DNA of 37,679 bases from a virus (Duplodnaviria > Caudoviricetes). A program made the translations under genes and the position numbers. The notes beneath the pieces are model-generated. The model was not told the DNA's origin, made no database searches, and worked only from the letters and a program-made list of their open reading frames with translations. Of the stretch, positions 14,601-22,857 are shown piece by piece; position 1 is the stretch's first letter; every line of letters starts with the position of its first letter. The stretch covers positions 1-37,679 of IMG/VR virus record IMGVR_UViG_3300012940_000054. One strand, written 5' to 3'.

Positions 14601-17533
14601 AAGAGACCGGGGACGAAGCCGTAATCGTACTGGTAGATGACCTTGGCGCCGTTTCGGAACGTGTGCTCGAAGCCCTTGGGTCGATCTACGTGGACGGGGA
14701 CGCCCTGGAAGAAGACCTTCTTCATCACCTCGTCTGCACGCTTCTGACGCGTAGCGTCCGCCGCCTGCTTCGTGTGCGTAGGGTCTATGTACACGTACTG
14801 GGAGTCGACCTTCACCACCTTGCCTGACACGGGCGCTGTGGGGAGTATCAGCTTGGCGAACTCCTTCTCCCAGCTTGAGATCTCAGACCCGTGCTGTGTG
14901 AGCCTCTTGGCCCCCACCTGGACGAGAGGGGCTTCACGCTCCACGAGCGGCAACGCCTGGGTCTGCATCTTCGAGCCCATGGTAGCGCGGTTGCCCTGGA
15001 TGCTCTCCATCATGGGGATGAGATTGGAGCTCGGCGAGTACAGCTGTGCGGAGTGGTACAGCTCGTACTGGACCTCCGCCGCAGGGACGTGTTGCACCTG
15101 TCCCCGCTTCATCACCGCTACCAGGCCAGACAAACGCTGGCCGGGGAACGCTACGACCTTCTGCTCGATGTCCTTGGCGGAGAGCTGCTCGAACTTGCCC
15201 GTCTTCACGTTGCGGACGGGTGTGTAGAGGTTCCCGCGCGCATCGCGATGGGCGAGCATGGACGCGCGGATGTCGACGCCGGCCTTGAAGGAGTTGCCCG
15301 TCCAGATGGGCATAGCCCCGTTCCTACGGATGTAGAGCATGTTGCCAGGAACCTGCGCACAGTACACCATGCCGTCGTACGGAACGGTGTAGTAGTGTCC
15401 CTTGCTCTTGCGCGCCTGTTTCTCCATCGCCTGGATCACGCGCACCTCATACACCGGGAGATACCGGTCATCGCGCTTGTCGACGTAGACGGCGGTGCGC
15501 GTAGGCGTGCCGAGGCTGATCGAGAGGCGCTCGAAGTCGCGTGCAAGGCGTTCGCTAGTTGTACAGAGGACTTCCTGGTACTGCTCCTTGCCGGTAGCGC
15601 GAACCTGTACGCCGTACCGCCCGTCGCCCCTGAGCAGTGCGCGCCAGAGTGCACGCCGAGCAGCCACGGGGGCCTCGAAGAGGTACTCCGGGATGTACTT
15701 CTGCGCGCAATGGCCGAACTGTGCCACGTATTCGGTGAGCTGGCGGCTATTGATGATGTACGTACGCTGATCTGCACTGCGCGTATACGCGAGCTGCATG
15801 CGCGCGAGGAGTGCCTCGATCTCGCGACAGCAGTCAGGGTTCGCGCCCTCAAACTGGCTGAGCTGTACCTGAAACTGCGGCAGATCCGTCAGCGTGAAGC
15901 TGCCCTCGCTCAAGTACCAGCCCACGAACTCCGCCCAATCCCGTATATCGAACACCTTGGCGGGTTCGTGCTTACCGCTACGCCGTGCCGCACCGGGCAA
16001 ACGGAACGTGGTGAGCCGCGCGTCACCTGCGTACGGATCGTGCCGGCCGGTGAACCACCGAATCCTGCCGTGCATCGTTTCAGCGAGGTCCATGCGGTAG
16101 GCGGCCCCGGGGTATTCAGGACGCGACCAGACCCGGTGGTTGGGTGTGACCAGATACTCGATCGGAGCCTTAGTGCCCGTCTTGACACCGTACATCTCAC
16201 CAACGTAACGGCGCGCAAAGAGGTGTTCCGGGTGGTGAAACTCGAGCTGCCCGCGGATGTTACAGGCGAGCTTGTCCGCCTGAGTCACGTCTCGGAACAG
16301 CTTCCACCCCGTGGAGGTGAGCACTTCCGTGTCGGCCGACACGCATTCGGGCGTGCGTACCGGGTCGAGGATGCCGAAGTGCGTCGGATGGAGCTGCCGT
16401 GCCTCCATGGGGATGGCGCGCTCAGACGAGATGCCGCCTTCGCCCAGGCTGGTGACCTTTACCGCGTTGTCGATCATCTCCATCGGGTTGATCTGAGTGG
16501 GAATCGCGCTGAGCTGCGATCCCGTCAGGAACGAGCGGACGCCACTGCTGAAGGGTGCCGAAGGGACGAGCTCTCGGAGGGTGGTCTTCGTCGTAGCCCG
16601 CCCCTTCACCTTGGCGGCGATTGCGCGGGCGTCGAGCTGGATGCGCTCCTTGATGAAGTCGTCGACTGAGTGGAACGTCTTGAACGCGAGAGAGTCTCGA
16701 TCATCGACGTCAGCGCCCGACCGATAGACCTCGAGGAGCTTGCGGGAGGCGTCCAGCAGCGCGCGGGGGGTGACCTTCTCGTGCGCGGCGCCGAGGGTGA
16801 CGTAGTTCACCTCGCCGTCCATAGCCGTAGTCTCAAACGCGCGATGGATCGCCTCGATCTTAGCGGCAGGCGTGGTTGCCGTCTGCTTAGACGGGTGCAC
16901 GAGCTTCCCGTAGAGCTTGTCGACCGCCTGGTCTGCCTTAGCCTCGAACGCGCGCGCGTTAGCCTCGGCCACCTGCCGCCCCCACGCCTGCGCGATCTCG
17001 TTCGGCTGCGTACCGAGCCGGCGAAGAATCGGGTAAAGCGGGATGGTGGTGGTCCCGTACTCGATGTACGGGTGACCCTTCTGCGGATCGAGCGACAGGC
17101 GGAAGTTCGACCCCTTTGAGAGGTTGAAGGCCGCCTCGAGTTCATCGTTTGCACGCCGACGCGTGTACACGCCGGGCTTCATTCGAAGCTGGTTAGAGAC
17201 CTGGTACTCGTTTCCGTCCACGACGAAGGTATGCCGCTCGGTGAAGTAGGGGAGGTGCAGCAGGGTGAAGTTCTTGGCCGTCTCGAGCACTTTGCCGTCG
17301 GGCCCTTTGAGAACGAGGGTGCCCTTGATCGGCTCGTGAAGCGAGTTACCCTGAAGCAGTGCGGCCTTCTGGTCGTCGGGGCCGTAGTTGCGTTCGTGGA
17401 TACGCGGGTCGTGCAGTTCGATGGTCAAATCGCGGACCTTGAGCGGAAACGCCTGCTGCAAGCCGTCGAGGGCTCGAGCGCGAATCTGGTCACGGCGCGT
17501 CTTAGGGTCGACGAGAACGGGCGTCAGTTCCAT
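11696..17533 (-). CDS. RNA polymerase beta + beta' N-terminal fusion (about 1945 aa, including intein and PPase-like insert)
   Basis: Start reassigned to ATG 17533. Beta motifs: TFVVDGNE, HPTHFG..PVRTPE, NRATMGSKMQTQA, GDKLAGRYGNKG, SRIN, GAME. Beta' motifs: PERGGLFD, HIDL, VLPPVMRP, NRAPTLHR and catalytic NADYDGD (about 11954-11974). Confidence 0.92.
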   Translation of the reverse strand: MELTPVLVDPKTRRDQIRARALDGLQQAFPLKVRDLTIELHDPRIHERNYGPDDQKAALLQGNSLHEPIKGTLVLKGPDGKVLETAKNFTLLHLPYFTERHTFVVDGNEYQVSNQLRMKPGVYTRRRANDELEAAFNLSKGSNFRLSLDPQKGHPYIEYGTTTIPLYPILRRLGTQPNEIAQAWGRQVAEANARAFEAKADQAVDKLYGKLVHPSKQTATTPAAKIEAIHRAFETTAMDGEVNYVTLGAAHEKVTPRALLDASRKLLEVYRSGADVDDRDSLAFKTFHSVDDFIKERIQLDARAIAAKVKGRATTKTTLRELVPSAPFSSGVRSFLTGSQLSAIPTQINPMEMIDNAVKVTSLGEGGISSERAIPMEARQLHPTHFGILDPVRTPECVSADTEVLTSTGWKLFRDVTQADKLACNIRGQLEFHHPEHLFARRYVGEMYGVKTGTKAPIEYLVTPNHRVWSRPEYPGAAYRMDLAETMHGRIRWFTGRHDPYAGDARLTTFRLPGAARRSGKHEPAKVFDIRDWAEFVGWYLSEGSFTLTDLPQFQVQLSQFEGANPDCCREIEALLARMQLAYTRSADQRTYIINSRQLTEYVAQFGHCAQKYIPEYLFEAPVAARRALWRALLRGDGRYGVQVRATGKEQYQEVLCTTSERLARDFERLSISLGTPTRTAVYVDKRDDRYLPVYEVRVIQAMEKQARKSKGHYYTVPYDGMVYCAQVPGNMLYIRRNGAMPIWTGNSFKAGVDIRASMLAHRDARGNLYTPVRNVKTGKFEQLSAKDIEQKVVAFPGQRLSGLVAVMKRGQVQHVPAAEVQYELYHSAQLYSPSSNLIPMMESIQGNRATMGSKMQTQALPLVEREAPLVQVGAKRLTQHGSEISSWEKEFAKLILPTAPVSGKVVKVDSQYVYIDPTHTKQAADATRQKRADEVMKKVFFQGVPVHVDRPKGFEHTFRNGAKVIYQYDYGFVPGLFDNDGEELDVYLGEDQDAKDVFIIEKLKDDGKTLDEHKVFLGFPTKDAAVRCFDHHILPRMRSTIHTVTLDAFKRVIEDEGGVKVAEENNLVKVPYETFFPFASKTYLNHDLHVKPGDTVHADQPLGESNFTRGGTLALGRNMTIAYMPYYGLNSNDAVVISEGAATKLTSEHMYKEVLDVDRDTTIGREIHRQYYGSKYQAAQYRKLDDKGVVKKGAKLLPHDPIVVGVQKGKLSSTDALLGNFKKSLANPYREVIRTWDHDFEGEVVDVFQSDRRIVVTVRTREPMRIGDKLAGRYGNKGVVSHIVPDHKMVQDEGGKPVDILYTSAGVISRINPAQIIETAVAKVAQKTGQPIVVENFSGRDNVRWAKDLLAQHGVKDKERVFDPISGKHIDGVLVGPQYTLRLFKTTDSNFSARGTGGYDVNMQPTKGGDAGAKAIGAMEFNALIAHNARNVLKEASSIKSQKNDEFWRAVQLGLPLPPMRSSFAYDKFIGMLHGAGIKVDQQGSALTLKPLTDNDVLKMSSGAVQNEKLVRAKDLAPERGGLFDPSLTGGTAGTRWSHIDLAEPIVNPVFTDPTRRLLGLTNKALDELHYREGGAAIKSRLNQIDVESRLTELRNTIKGLSGAKLDDAVKQIKYLEALKRAGLRPGDAYVLTKLPVLPPVMRPILPGNGGQEMVVGDSNYLYQNAMLHNKVLKAQNDSPILPPDEHAGLRRNLHQAVGAVIGTHTTDNPKLEKRNVKGFLEHLTGKTTPKSSFFQKKLMKKQQDASGRGTIAPDGSLDMDQVGLPEDMLWGMFGKFVIKRLISRGFGAVQAKEMLEKRHPAARDALMAECAERPVMVNRAPTLHRYNVVGAYAVPVQGKTIRVNPFIEKGMNADYDGDTFQVHVPVMPQAVSEVRQMTLSNLIFGDKQHNELMVAPGHEALIGVHLATAKAADGKVHKFKTKADAVAAYKRGEISLQDKVEII
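14345..14770 (-). other. Inorganic pyrophosphatase-like domain inserted in RNAP beta
   Basis: VHVDRPKG...YDYGFVPG..DNDGEELDVYLG...DEHKVFLGF matches the PKG / YGxxP / DGDxxD / DxK pattern of family-I-like PPase domains. Confidence 0.7.
15293..16345 (-). mobile_element. Intein (351 aa) with LAGLIDADG-type homing endonuclease
   Basis: TPE|CVSADTEVLT...VTPNH...FVGWYLSEGS...ALLRGDG...VYCAQVP..IWTGN|SFK; removing it restores the beta TPE motif. Confidence 0.9.
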
Positions 17534-17647
17534 GCCGCCAAGTATAGGGGACGGCGGGTCTAAACAGGGGGTCTGGAATTGGTACAAGCTAATAGAGCCC
17601 TGTGTAGAGGACTCTTGATCACGACTATCACCACGAAAGGGTTGGAC

Positions 17648-18304
17648 ATGGCGACCAAAGCAAAGACCGTCAACCTCAACAACATCCCCCCGGTCCCGGT
17701 GTTGCAGCTGGCACTCGTGGGTCTGGTCGACGGACGCCTGTCCGAGATGGTGAACCGCCTCAAGCTCAGCTCCACGGACAAACTCAGGCGGATCGCCATC
17801 CTCGCGCGAGAGCTGTCGAAGAAGAATTGCTTTTTCTGCGGGTTGGAGAGCAACCCGAAGATGAAGAAAGCGGATCAGCTCGAATGGGAGTCGCTCCCCA
17901 TCTGCGGGTGCCTCGCTCCGCTTCGGGCCGGCTACCGGGAATACTACCCCTGGCGGCAGCAGGTGCAGCAAATCCACGCAAGGGTTCAGGCGTGGCTCGA
18001 GGCCCGGAAGGCGGGTCGTGACCCCCTCGCCGAGGGGGGACTCGATCCCGAGGCGCCGATGTACTCGAACACGTGCAACCAGCCGGGCTGCTCGATCGTA
18101 TTCACCTGCACCGCCGGCAACATCTCGGGGTCGATTCGGCGGCACAACAAGCACGAAGAGTGGCGCAAGTGCAGGAGTTGCGCTCAGAAGCACGCGGCGC
18201 TGCGCGCTGAGTCCGGGGCGAGTAAGGCAGAAGTGCCCCCCGCTCGCCAGCGTCTAACGGCTACGCTCGGTGAGTCTCAGCGGCGGAAGGCGGGTATGGG
18301 ATGA
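17648..18304 (+). CDS. Cys-rich hypothetical protein (Zn-ribbon-like), against the direction of its arm
   Basis: ATG 17648 after GAAAGGG; contains CFFC, CGC, CNQPGC, CRSC; followed by a terminator. Confidence 0.65.
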   Translation: MATKAKTVNLNNIPPVPVLQLALVGLVDGRLSEMVNRLKLSSTDKLRRIAILARELSKKNCFFCGLESNPKMKKADQLEWESLPICGCLAPLRAGYREYYPWRQQVQQIHARVQAWLEARKAGRDPLAEGGLDPEAPMYSNTCNQPGCSIVFTCTAGNISGSIRRHNKHEEWRKCRSCAQKHAALRAESGASKAEVPPARQRLTATLGESQRRKAGMG

Positions 18305-18360
18305 TCATAAGATTCATCAGCCTGATCCATACGTCTTTGTTCAGGAAGTAGATCTAAGGT

Positions 18361-18396
18361 AAAGAAGCGGGTCGACAATAGACCCGCTTCTTTTTT
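18361..18396. terminator. Rho-independent terminator, probably bidirectional
   Basis: AAAGAAGCGGGTC-gacaata-GACCCGCTTCTTTTTT between convergent genes. Confidence 0.8.
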
Positions 18397-18398
18397 GT

Positions 18399-18911
18399 CT
18401 ACAGGTCTACGCCGCCCATGGCGGTAGCGCGCTCCTTAGCGGCCTGTCGCATTCGCTTGAAGTTCTGCTTCTTCTCAAGCCAGCGCAGAGATACGACGAT
18501 ACTGCCGTCTTTCTGATTGACCTCGTTCTCGCCCGCCAAGATGTACTCGGCAGCCAGGCATTTATTGACGACTTCCTCATACTCCTTGATCTGCGTATGC
18601 GGGCAGTTGTGGTCGCCATCATCAGGGAGATCAACCTTGCCGCTGGCTACGTCGTTCTGGCAGCGACTACACGACTCCCACGGCCGGAAGACCAGGAATA
18701 CCTTGCGCTTGACGAAGAAATCGTACGCAACGGCGCCGGGTATCGCCTCCGGCTCATTCGCGGTGTCGACGATGCGGTGGGTAGCGGCGATGGGGAGGGG
18801 GAACCCGTCGGGAAGGTCGCGCCCGACACCCCCGTCACGCGGGTCTGGGGGTGTCTGCGCTTTAGCGATGATCGAGGCGAAGTCGGATCCTGAGTTGGTA
18901 GGGGCGGGCAT
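18399..18911 (-). CDS. Hypothetical protein
   Basis: Immediately follows the portal gene; CSRC...CPH is a possible metal site. Confidence 0.65.
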   Translation of the reverse strand: MPAPTNSGSDFASIIAKAQTPPDPRDGGVGRDLPDGFPLPIAATHRIVDTANEPEAIPGAVAYDFFVKRKVFLVFRPWESCSRCQNDVASGKVDLPDDGDHNCPHTQIKEYEEVVNKCLAAEYILAGENEVNQKDGSIVVSLRWLEKKQNFKRMRQAAKERATAMGGVDL

Positions 18912-18913
18912 GG

Positions 18914-20650
18914 TTACTGGACTCCACCTGCGGCGACCTGCTGCTTCGCCTGCATCGTCTGTGCGTTCTGTGCGTCCTCGAGCCGCTGAATTACGACTGC
19001 GTGCATGACCGCGTCTTCTGCCTGAAGACTGTGAAGCTGGGAGCGGCGCGTGGCGGGGTCGAGCTGGATGAGCTCGGCCACGAGCTGGTCGGCCGAAGCG
19101 ATAACCGCCTGCTGATCGTAATTCAGCCCGGCGTTGCCCTGCATCTGCGCCTGCACCTGCTGCGCCAGAGTGTTCTGGAGCTTCTGAAGCTCCTGCTGCA
19201 CCTTCATATTGAGTCTCGCCTCATCGAGGATCTCCTGTAGACGCTTGTCGCGCTCCTCTTCAGGATCAATGCCTACACGCTCCGCCACAGTTGTTCTCGA
19301 TACGACAGGCGCTTCTCCGTTCGGGCCGGGGCTAGCGAGACCGATAATGACCTGCTTGGTCTCCGTATCCTCCACCATCTTCAGCGGCGTGAGCTTGGTA
19401 TCGATACGCTCCCAGCCGAGGAACTTGGCGAGCTTATCGGTGTACCACTGAAGGAGGCCGTTCATATCGTCAGCGTGACCTTGCAGCTGGTTTTCGATCA
19501 GCCTGAGCGTACCCTCCATGCCGGCCTTCGTGAGCCCTCCATAGAGGAACTCGGAGGGGATACCGAGGGCTGCCATGATCGCCTTCTCAGCCTCCTGGAG
19601 CTCACCGAGCGTAAGCATAGCGCGACCATCACCGCCGATGTTCGTAACCCCGATGGCTGTCGGTGAGAACATGGCGTGAAGCTGGTCGCGCCGGAACTGC
19701 CGCATGTTCTTCTTCAGTTCATCCTGCCAGCGCCCCATGGAGAGCATCTGCGCAATGTCCTGTGCGTTCGACTGCGCAGGATGGATGACGCGGAATGGGA
19801 CAATGTGCTCGAGCGCGATGGCCTCGTTCGCCTTGCGGAGTACCATCGTGTACAGGAAGAGCTTGATAGTGGAGGCGAGAGGCGGGAAGCCCCACTGCTG
19901 TTCGATGCCGGAGGGGGACGCTACCTTGATGTGGTAGATCGCGTCCTTCTCGAATCTGAACGTCTTGTTGTCGCGAATGTTCTCGAGGAACTCCATCGGC
20001 ATGGAGTTGATCAAATGCTTGGAGCCGAGCTTGACCTTGTCACGAACGGTCTGCGGGACGTTGTAGTAGTATATCGACTGGCCGGTGATCGGGTTGTAGT
20101 CGATGTCCATGAGCTTAGGGTCCCATCGAATGATGTGGACCTTGTTTACTGCGAGGACCTTTCGATCGACGACTTTACCGTTGACGCTCCGGTGGCACTT
20201 CTTGCACCTGTAATTGAACTGGAGCTTCTTCAGGTCGAACTTGTAGTCGACCATCTGGATGTTGATGATGTGATCACACTGAGGACACTTCAGGTGTCGG
20301 ATGAACGGCTGGTAGAACGACGTGAAGTGGTTGCCGTAGATGTGCTTGTCCAGTGACGCCATCAGCAGCGCACTCTTCACCTTCAGCGTCTTCTCGAAAA
20401 GACGACGATAGTTGCGCCGGAGAGACTCATTGGAGGTTCCGTACTCGATGTCGGTGACTACGAGTGATCCGTACTTCTGTAGTGTCGCGTAGATGTGTGC
20501 GCTGTTGTACGCGAGGTACTCGCACCACTTGAATAGGTCTTTCATCTTCCTCGGGACAAATCCCGTCAGGAAGTCGTACGCAGGGTTAGGGTGCGCAGAG
20601 GCACGATCAAACGCCAAGAACGCGTCATTCAGCGAAAGGTCAGAGGACAT
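18914..20650 (-). CDS. Putative portal protein with a Zn-ribbon insertion
   Basis: 578 aa; IYGN...RWDP...YHIK...WGFPPL...IMAALGIPSEFL matches portal-type motifs; CPQC/CKKC insert; heads the morphogenesis arm. Confidence 0.65.
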   Translation of the reverse strand: MSSDLSLNDAFLAFDRASAHPNPAYDFLTGFVPRKMKDLFKWCEYLAYNSAHIYATLQKYGSLVVTDIEYGTSNESLRRNYRRLFEKTLKVKSALLMASLDKHIYGNHFTSFYQPFIRHLKCPQCDHIINIQMVDYKFDLKKLQFNYRCKKCHRSVNGKVVDRKVLAVNKVHIIRWDPKLMDIDYNPITGQSIYYYNVPQTVRDKVKLGSKHLINSMPMEFLENIRDNKTFRFEKDAIYHIKVASPSGIEQQWGFPPLASTIKLFLYTMVLRKANEAIALEHIVPFRVIHPAQSNAQDIAQMLSMGRWQDELKKNMRQFRRDQLHAMFSPTAIGVTNIGGDGRAMLTLGELQEAEKAIMAALGIPSEFLYGGLTKAGMEGTLRLIENQLQGHADDMNGLLQWYTDKLAKFLGWERIDTKLTPLKMVEDTETKQVIIGLASPGPNGEAPVVSRTTVAERVGIDPEEERDKRLQEILDEARLNMKVQQELQKLQNTLAQQVQAQMQGNAGLNYDQQAVIASADQLVAELIQLDPATRRSQLHSLQAEDAVMHAVVIQRLEDAQNAQTMQAKQQVAAGGVQ

Positions 20651-20679
20651 GGGTGAATTCCTCGTGCAGTCAAGCCGAG

Positions 20680-20708
20680 AGCTTAGGTGAGGGAGGACAC
20701 CCCGACAA
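20680..20708 (-). promoter_or_regulatory. Sigma70-like promoter for the portal gene
   Basis: TTGTCG-17 nt-TAAGCT. Confidence 0.5.
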
Positions 20709-20737
20709 CTGGCCGCCCTCGTGAATCAGCGAGAGGG

Positions 20738-20750
20738 TTTACACGGTAAA
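20738..20750. promoter_or_regulatory. Palindromic site TTTAC-N3-GTAAA (one of six copies seen)
   Basis: GTTTACACGGTAAAC between the divergent arms; other copies at 1113, 6557, 8788, 26424 and 31366. Confidence 0.65.
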
Positions 20751-20787
20751 CTTGGTGCGGTACGGTTCCCCCCGCGCGGAGACCATC

Positions 20788-22857
20788 ATGCACATGCTCG
20801 AGTTAGAGCTTCTGAACGGAACCCCGATCTTCAGCATCCAATCCACGGACAGCGCCTTCTCAAGAGTACACAGCGCCGTCTTCGACAAGGCGCGCGGGCG
20901 GTGGCTTTTCCCGGCATACCCGCCTTTTGCACAGCGGGCGTTGGACGATCTGAAGAAAGTCGCACCTCTTCTCAAGATGTCACCCGAGGCAGCAGGGCAG
21001 GCAGATTACCTGGGTAAGGTTCAGCAGCTAATCACTGACCGCACTCTACCCGCCGGCTTCGAGTTCGTCACCAAGCCATTCGACCACCAGGTCGAAGGTC
21101 TCGTGCACATGCTCCACTACCCGCGGTTCGGCCTTCTCTGGGATGCCGGAACCGGGAAGTCGAAAGTCATGGTGGACCTGAAGAGGGCGCTGCCGCGTCG
21201 TCGCTGGCTGATCGTAACTCCGAAAGTCACTGTCCGCAACTGGGTCAAGGAGTTCGCCATTCATGGTGGGCCCGACATCAAGGTTGCTGCTGTGGTTGGC
21301 GATGCTCCTCGTAAACGAAAGATCATTGAGAGGTACAAGGAGTACGACGTCCTGGTCTGTAGTTACGGGACCGTCAGGACTCTTGGACTTCCTCGCTTGC
21401 ATAAAAACTGCCTGAAGCTGATCAAGGAAGCGCGCGCTGCTGGGAGGAAAATCAGCGATAGCGGCGTCGTTGACTTAGTGAAGGCTGTTCGCGTCGTATC
21501 GGACCCGGACCGGCAGGCCGCGTTTATTCTCGGGTGGGCGCTGGGTACTCCGGTGGCGCAGGTTGCTCGCTACGCCGCAGAAGAAGCGAAGCAGAAGGCG
21601 CAGTGGCTCGAGGATATCGAGTACGAAACGATGGTCCTGGACGAGAGTCACAACGTCAAGGAGCCGGGGACGCAGCAGACGAAGACGGTGCACGCGCTCG
21701 GTCGAAAAGCGGCTCGACGCTACATTATGTCGGGTACGTCTACCCTGGGGGATCCTCGACACCTCCGCCCGCAGATGAAGTTCCTGTCGCCAGCGATCTT
21801 CCCTGAAGACGACCGACGCTTCGACGACCTGTTCCTCATCCGCTCGGAGTGGAATAAGCGCGTCGTGACCGGGTTCAAAAACATGAACATCGTCAACGCG
21901 CGTGTGCAGCGCGTGGCGACGCGGAAAAAGAAAGAAGAGTGCCTCGACCTCCCCCCGCGGAAGATCATCGACATCCCTGTCGAGATGTCGCACGAGCAGA
22001 TTTCGCTCTACAACATGCTGGCGTCAAGCATGGCCGCTGACTTGAACAACTTTTTCGACGATCCGAGTAGTGCGCGGATTGAGGTGCAGAACGCAGCTAC
22101 GCTGCTCAATAAGCTGGCTCAGGTTACCTCTGGTTTCATCATCGACAGCCAGCGCAAAGCGGACATCTGCAACGAATGTCCGTACCTAGCGCGCTGCGTC
22201 GACGAGGGTATACAGCCGTACACTACCCGGTGCCGGATCGAACAGCAGGCGCCAGAATCGAAGCTGAAGTACCTCAAGAGCAACCCTAAGCTCGAAGCAC
22301 TAGATGGGATCCTGGATACGATCTTCCAGGACCCTTCCAACAAGGTCATCATCTGGGGAGTTTACAAAGCTGAGCTTACGCTGATCTGCGACATGCTCGA
22401 GAAGAAGGGTATCGGACACGTTCGTGTCGACGGTTCGACCGGAAACGCGCAGTTGCGTGTCGACAAGTTCAACGAGGATCCGAAGTGCCGGGCGTACGTC
22501 GGTCAAGTCGCTACAGGTATCGGAATTACCTTGAACGCCGCGACGTACATGATCTACTACACTCTCGACTGGTCTCTCGGAACGTATCTACAGTCCATCG
22601 ACCGAAACTACCGCGCAGGGCAGTCGAAGAAGGTAACCGTGTATCGACTGCTCGGAGAAAAAACCGTCGACGAGTACAAAGCAATCGCGCTCGACGAGAA
22701 GAAAGACATCAGCGCGGTCCTCACGAATAAGCTTAGTTGCGTGGCCTGTGAGAAGCGGGTTGAGTGCCTGAAGAACGGTACCGAGTTGTTCGACCCCGGC
22801 TGCGTCTACAAGAGAAGTGTCAAACGTACGATCGCCAAGGCAGAGGTCATCGCATGA
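20788..22857 (+). CDS. SNF2-family helicase/ATPase
   Basis: DAGTGKS, VLDESH, MSGT, GIGITL, QSIDRNYRAGQ; ATG 20788 after GGAG. Confidence 0.85.
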   Translation: MHMLELELLNGTPIFSIQSTDSAFSRVHSAVFDKARGRWLFPAYPPFAQRALDDLKKVAPLLKMSPEAAGQADYLGKVQQLITDRTLPAGFEFVTKPFDHQVEGLVHMLHYPRFGLLWDAGTGKSKVMVDLKRALPRRRWLIVTPKVTVRNWVKEFAIHGGPDIKVAAVVGDAPRKRKIIERYKEYDVLVCSYGTVRTLGLPRLHKNCLKLIKEARAAGRKISDSGVVDLVKAVRVVSDPDRQAAFILGWALGTPVAQVARYAAEEAKQKAQWLEDIEYETMVLDESHNVKEPGTQQTKTVHALGRKAARRYIMSGTSTLGDPRHLRPQMKFLSPAIFPEDDRRFDDLFLIRSEWNKRVVTGFKNMNIVNARVQRVATRKKKEECLDLPPRKIIDIPVEMSHEQISLYNMLASSMAADLNNFFDDPSSARIEVQNAATLLNKLAQVTSGFIIDSQRKADICNECPYLARCVDEGIQPYTTRCRIEQQAPESKLKYLKSNPKLEALDGILDTIFQDPSNKVIIWGVYKAELTLICDMLEKKGIGHVRVDGSTGNAQLRVDKFNEDPKCRAYVGQVATGIGITLNAATYMIYYTLDWSLGTYLQSIDRNYRAGQSKKVTVYRLLGEKTVDEYKAIALDEKKDISAVLTNKLSCVACEKRVECLKNGTELFDPGCVYKRSVKRTIAKAEVIA

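Noticed and set aside
8482-17533. Cellular rpoB-rpoC locus
   Set aside because: Highly divergent, split differently, flanked by portal, protease and holin genes, and without ribosomal-protein neighbours.
17534-18193. 220 aa N-terminal extension of the 2165 aa RNAP ORF
   Set aside because: It is antisense to the gene at 17648-18304; RNAP-like sequence begins only after ATG 17533.
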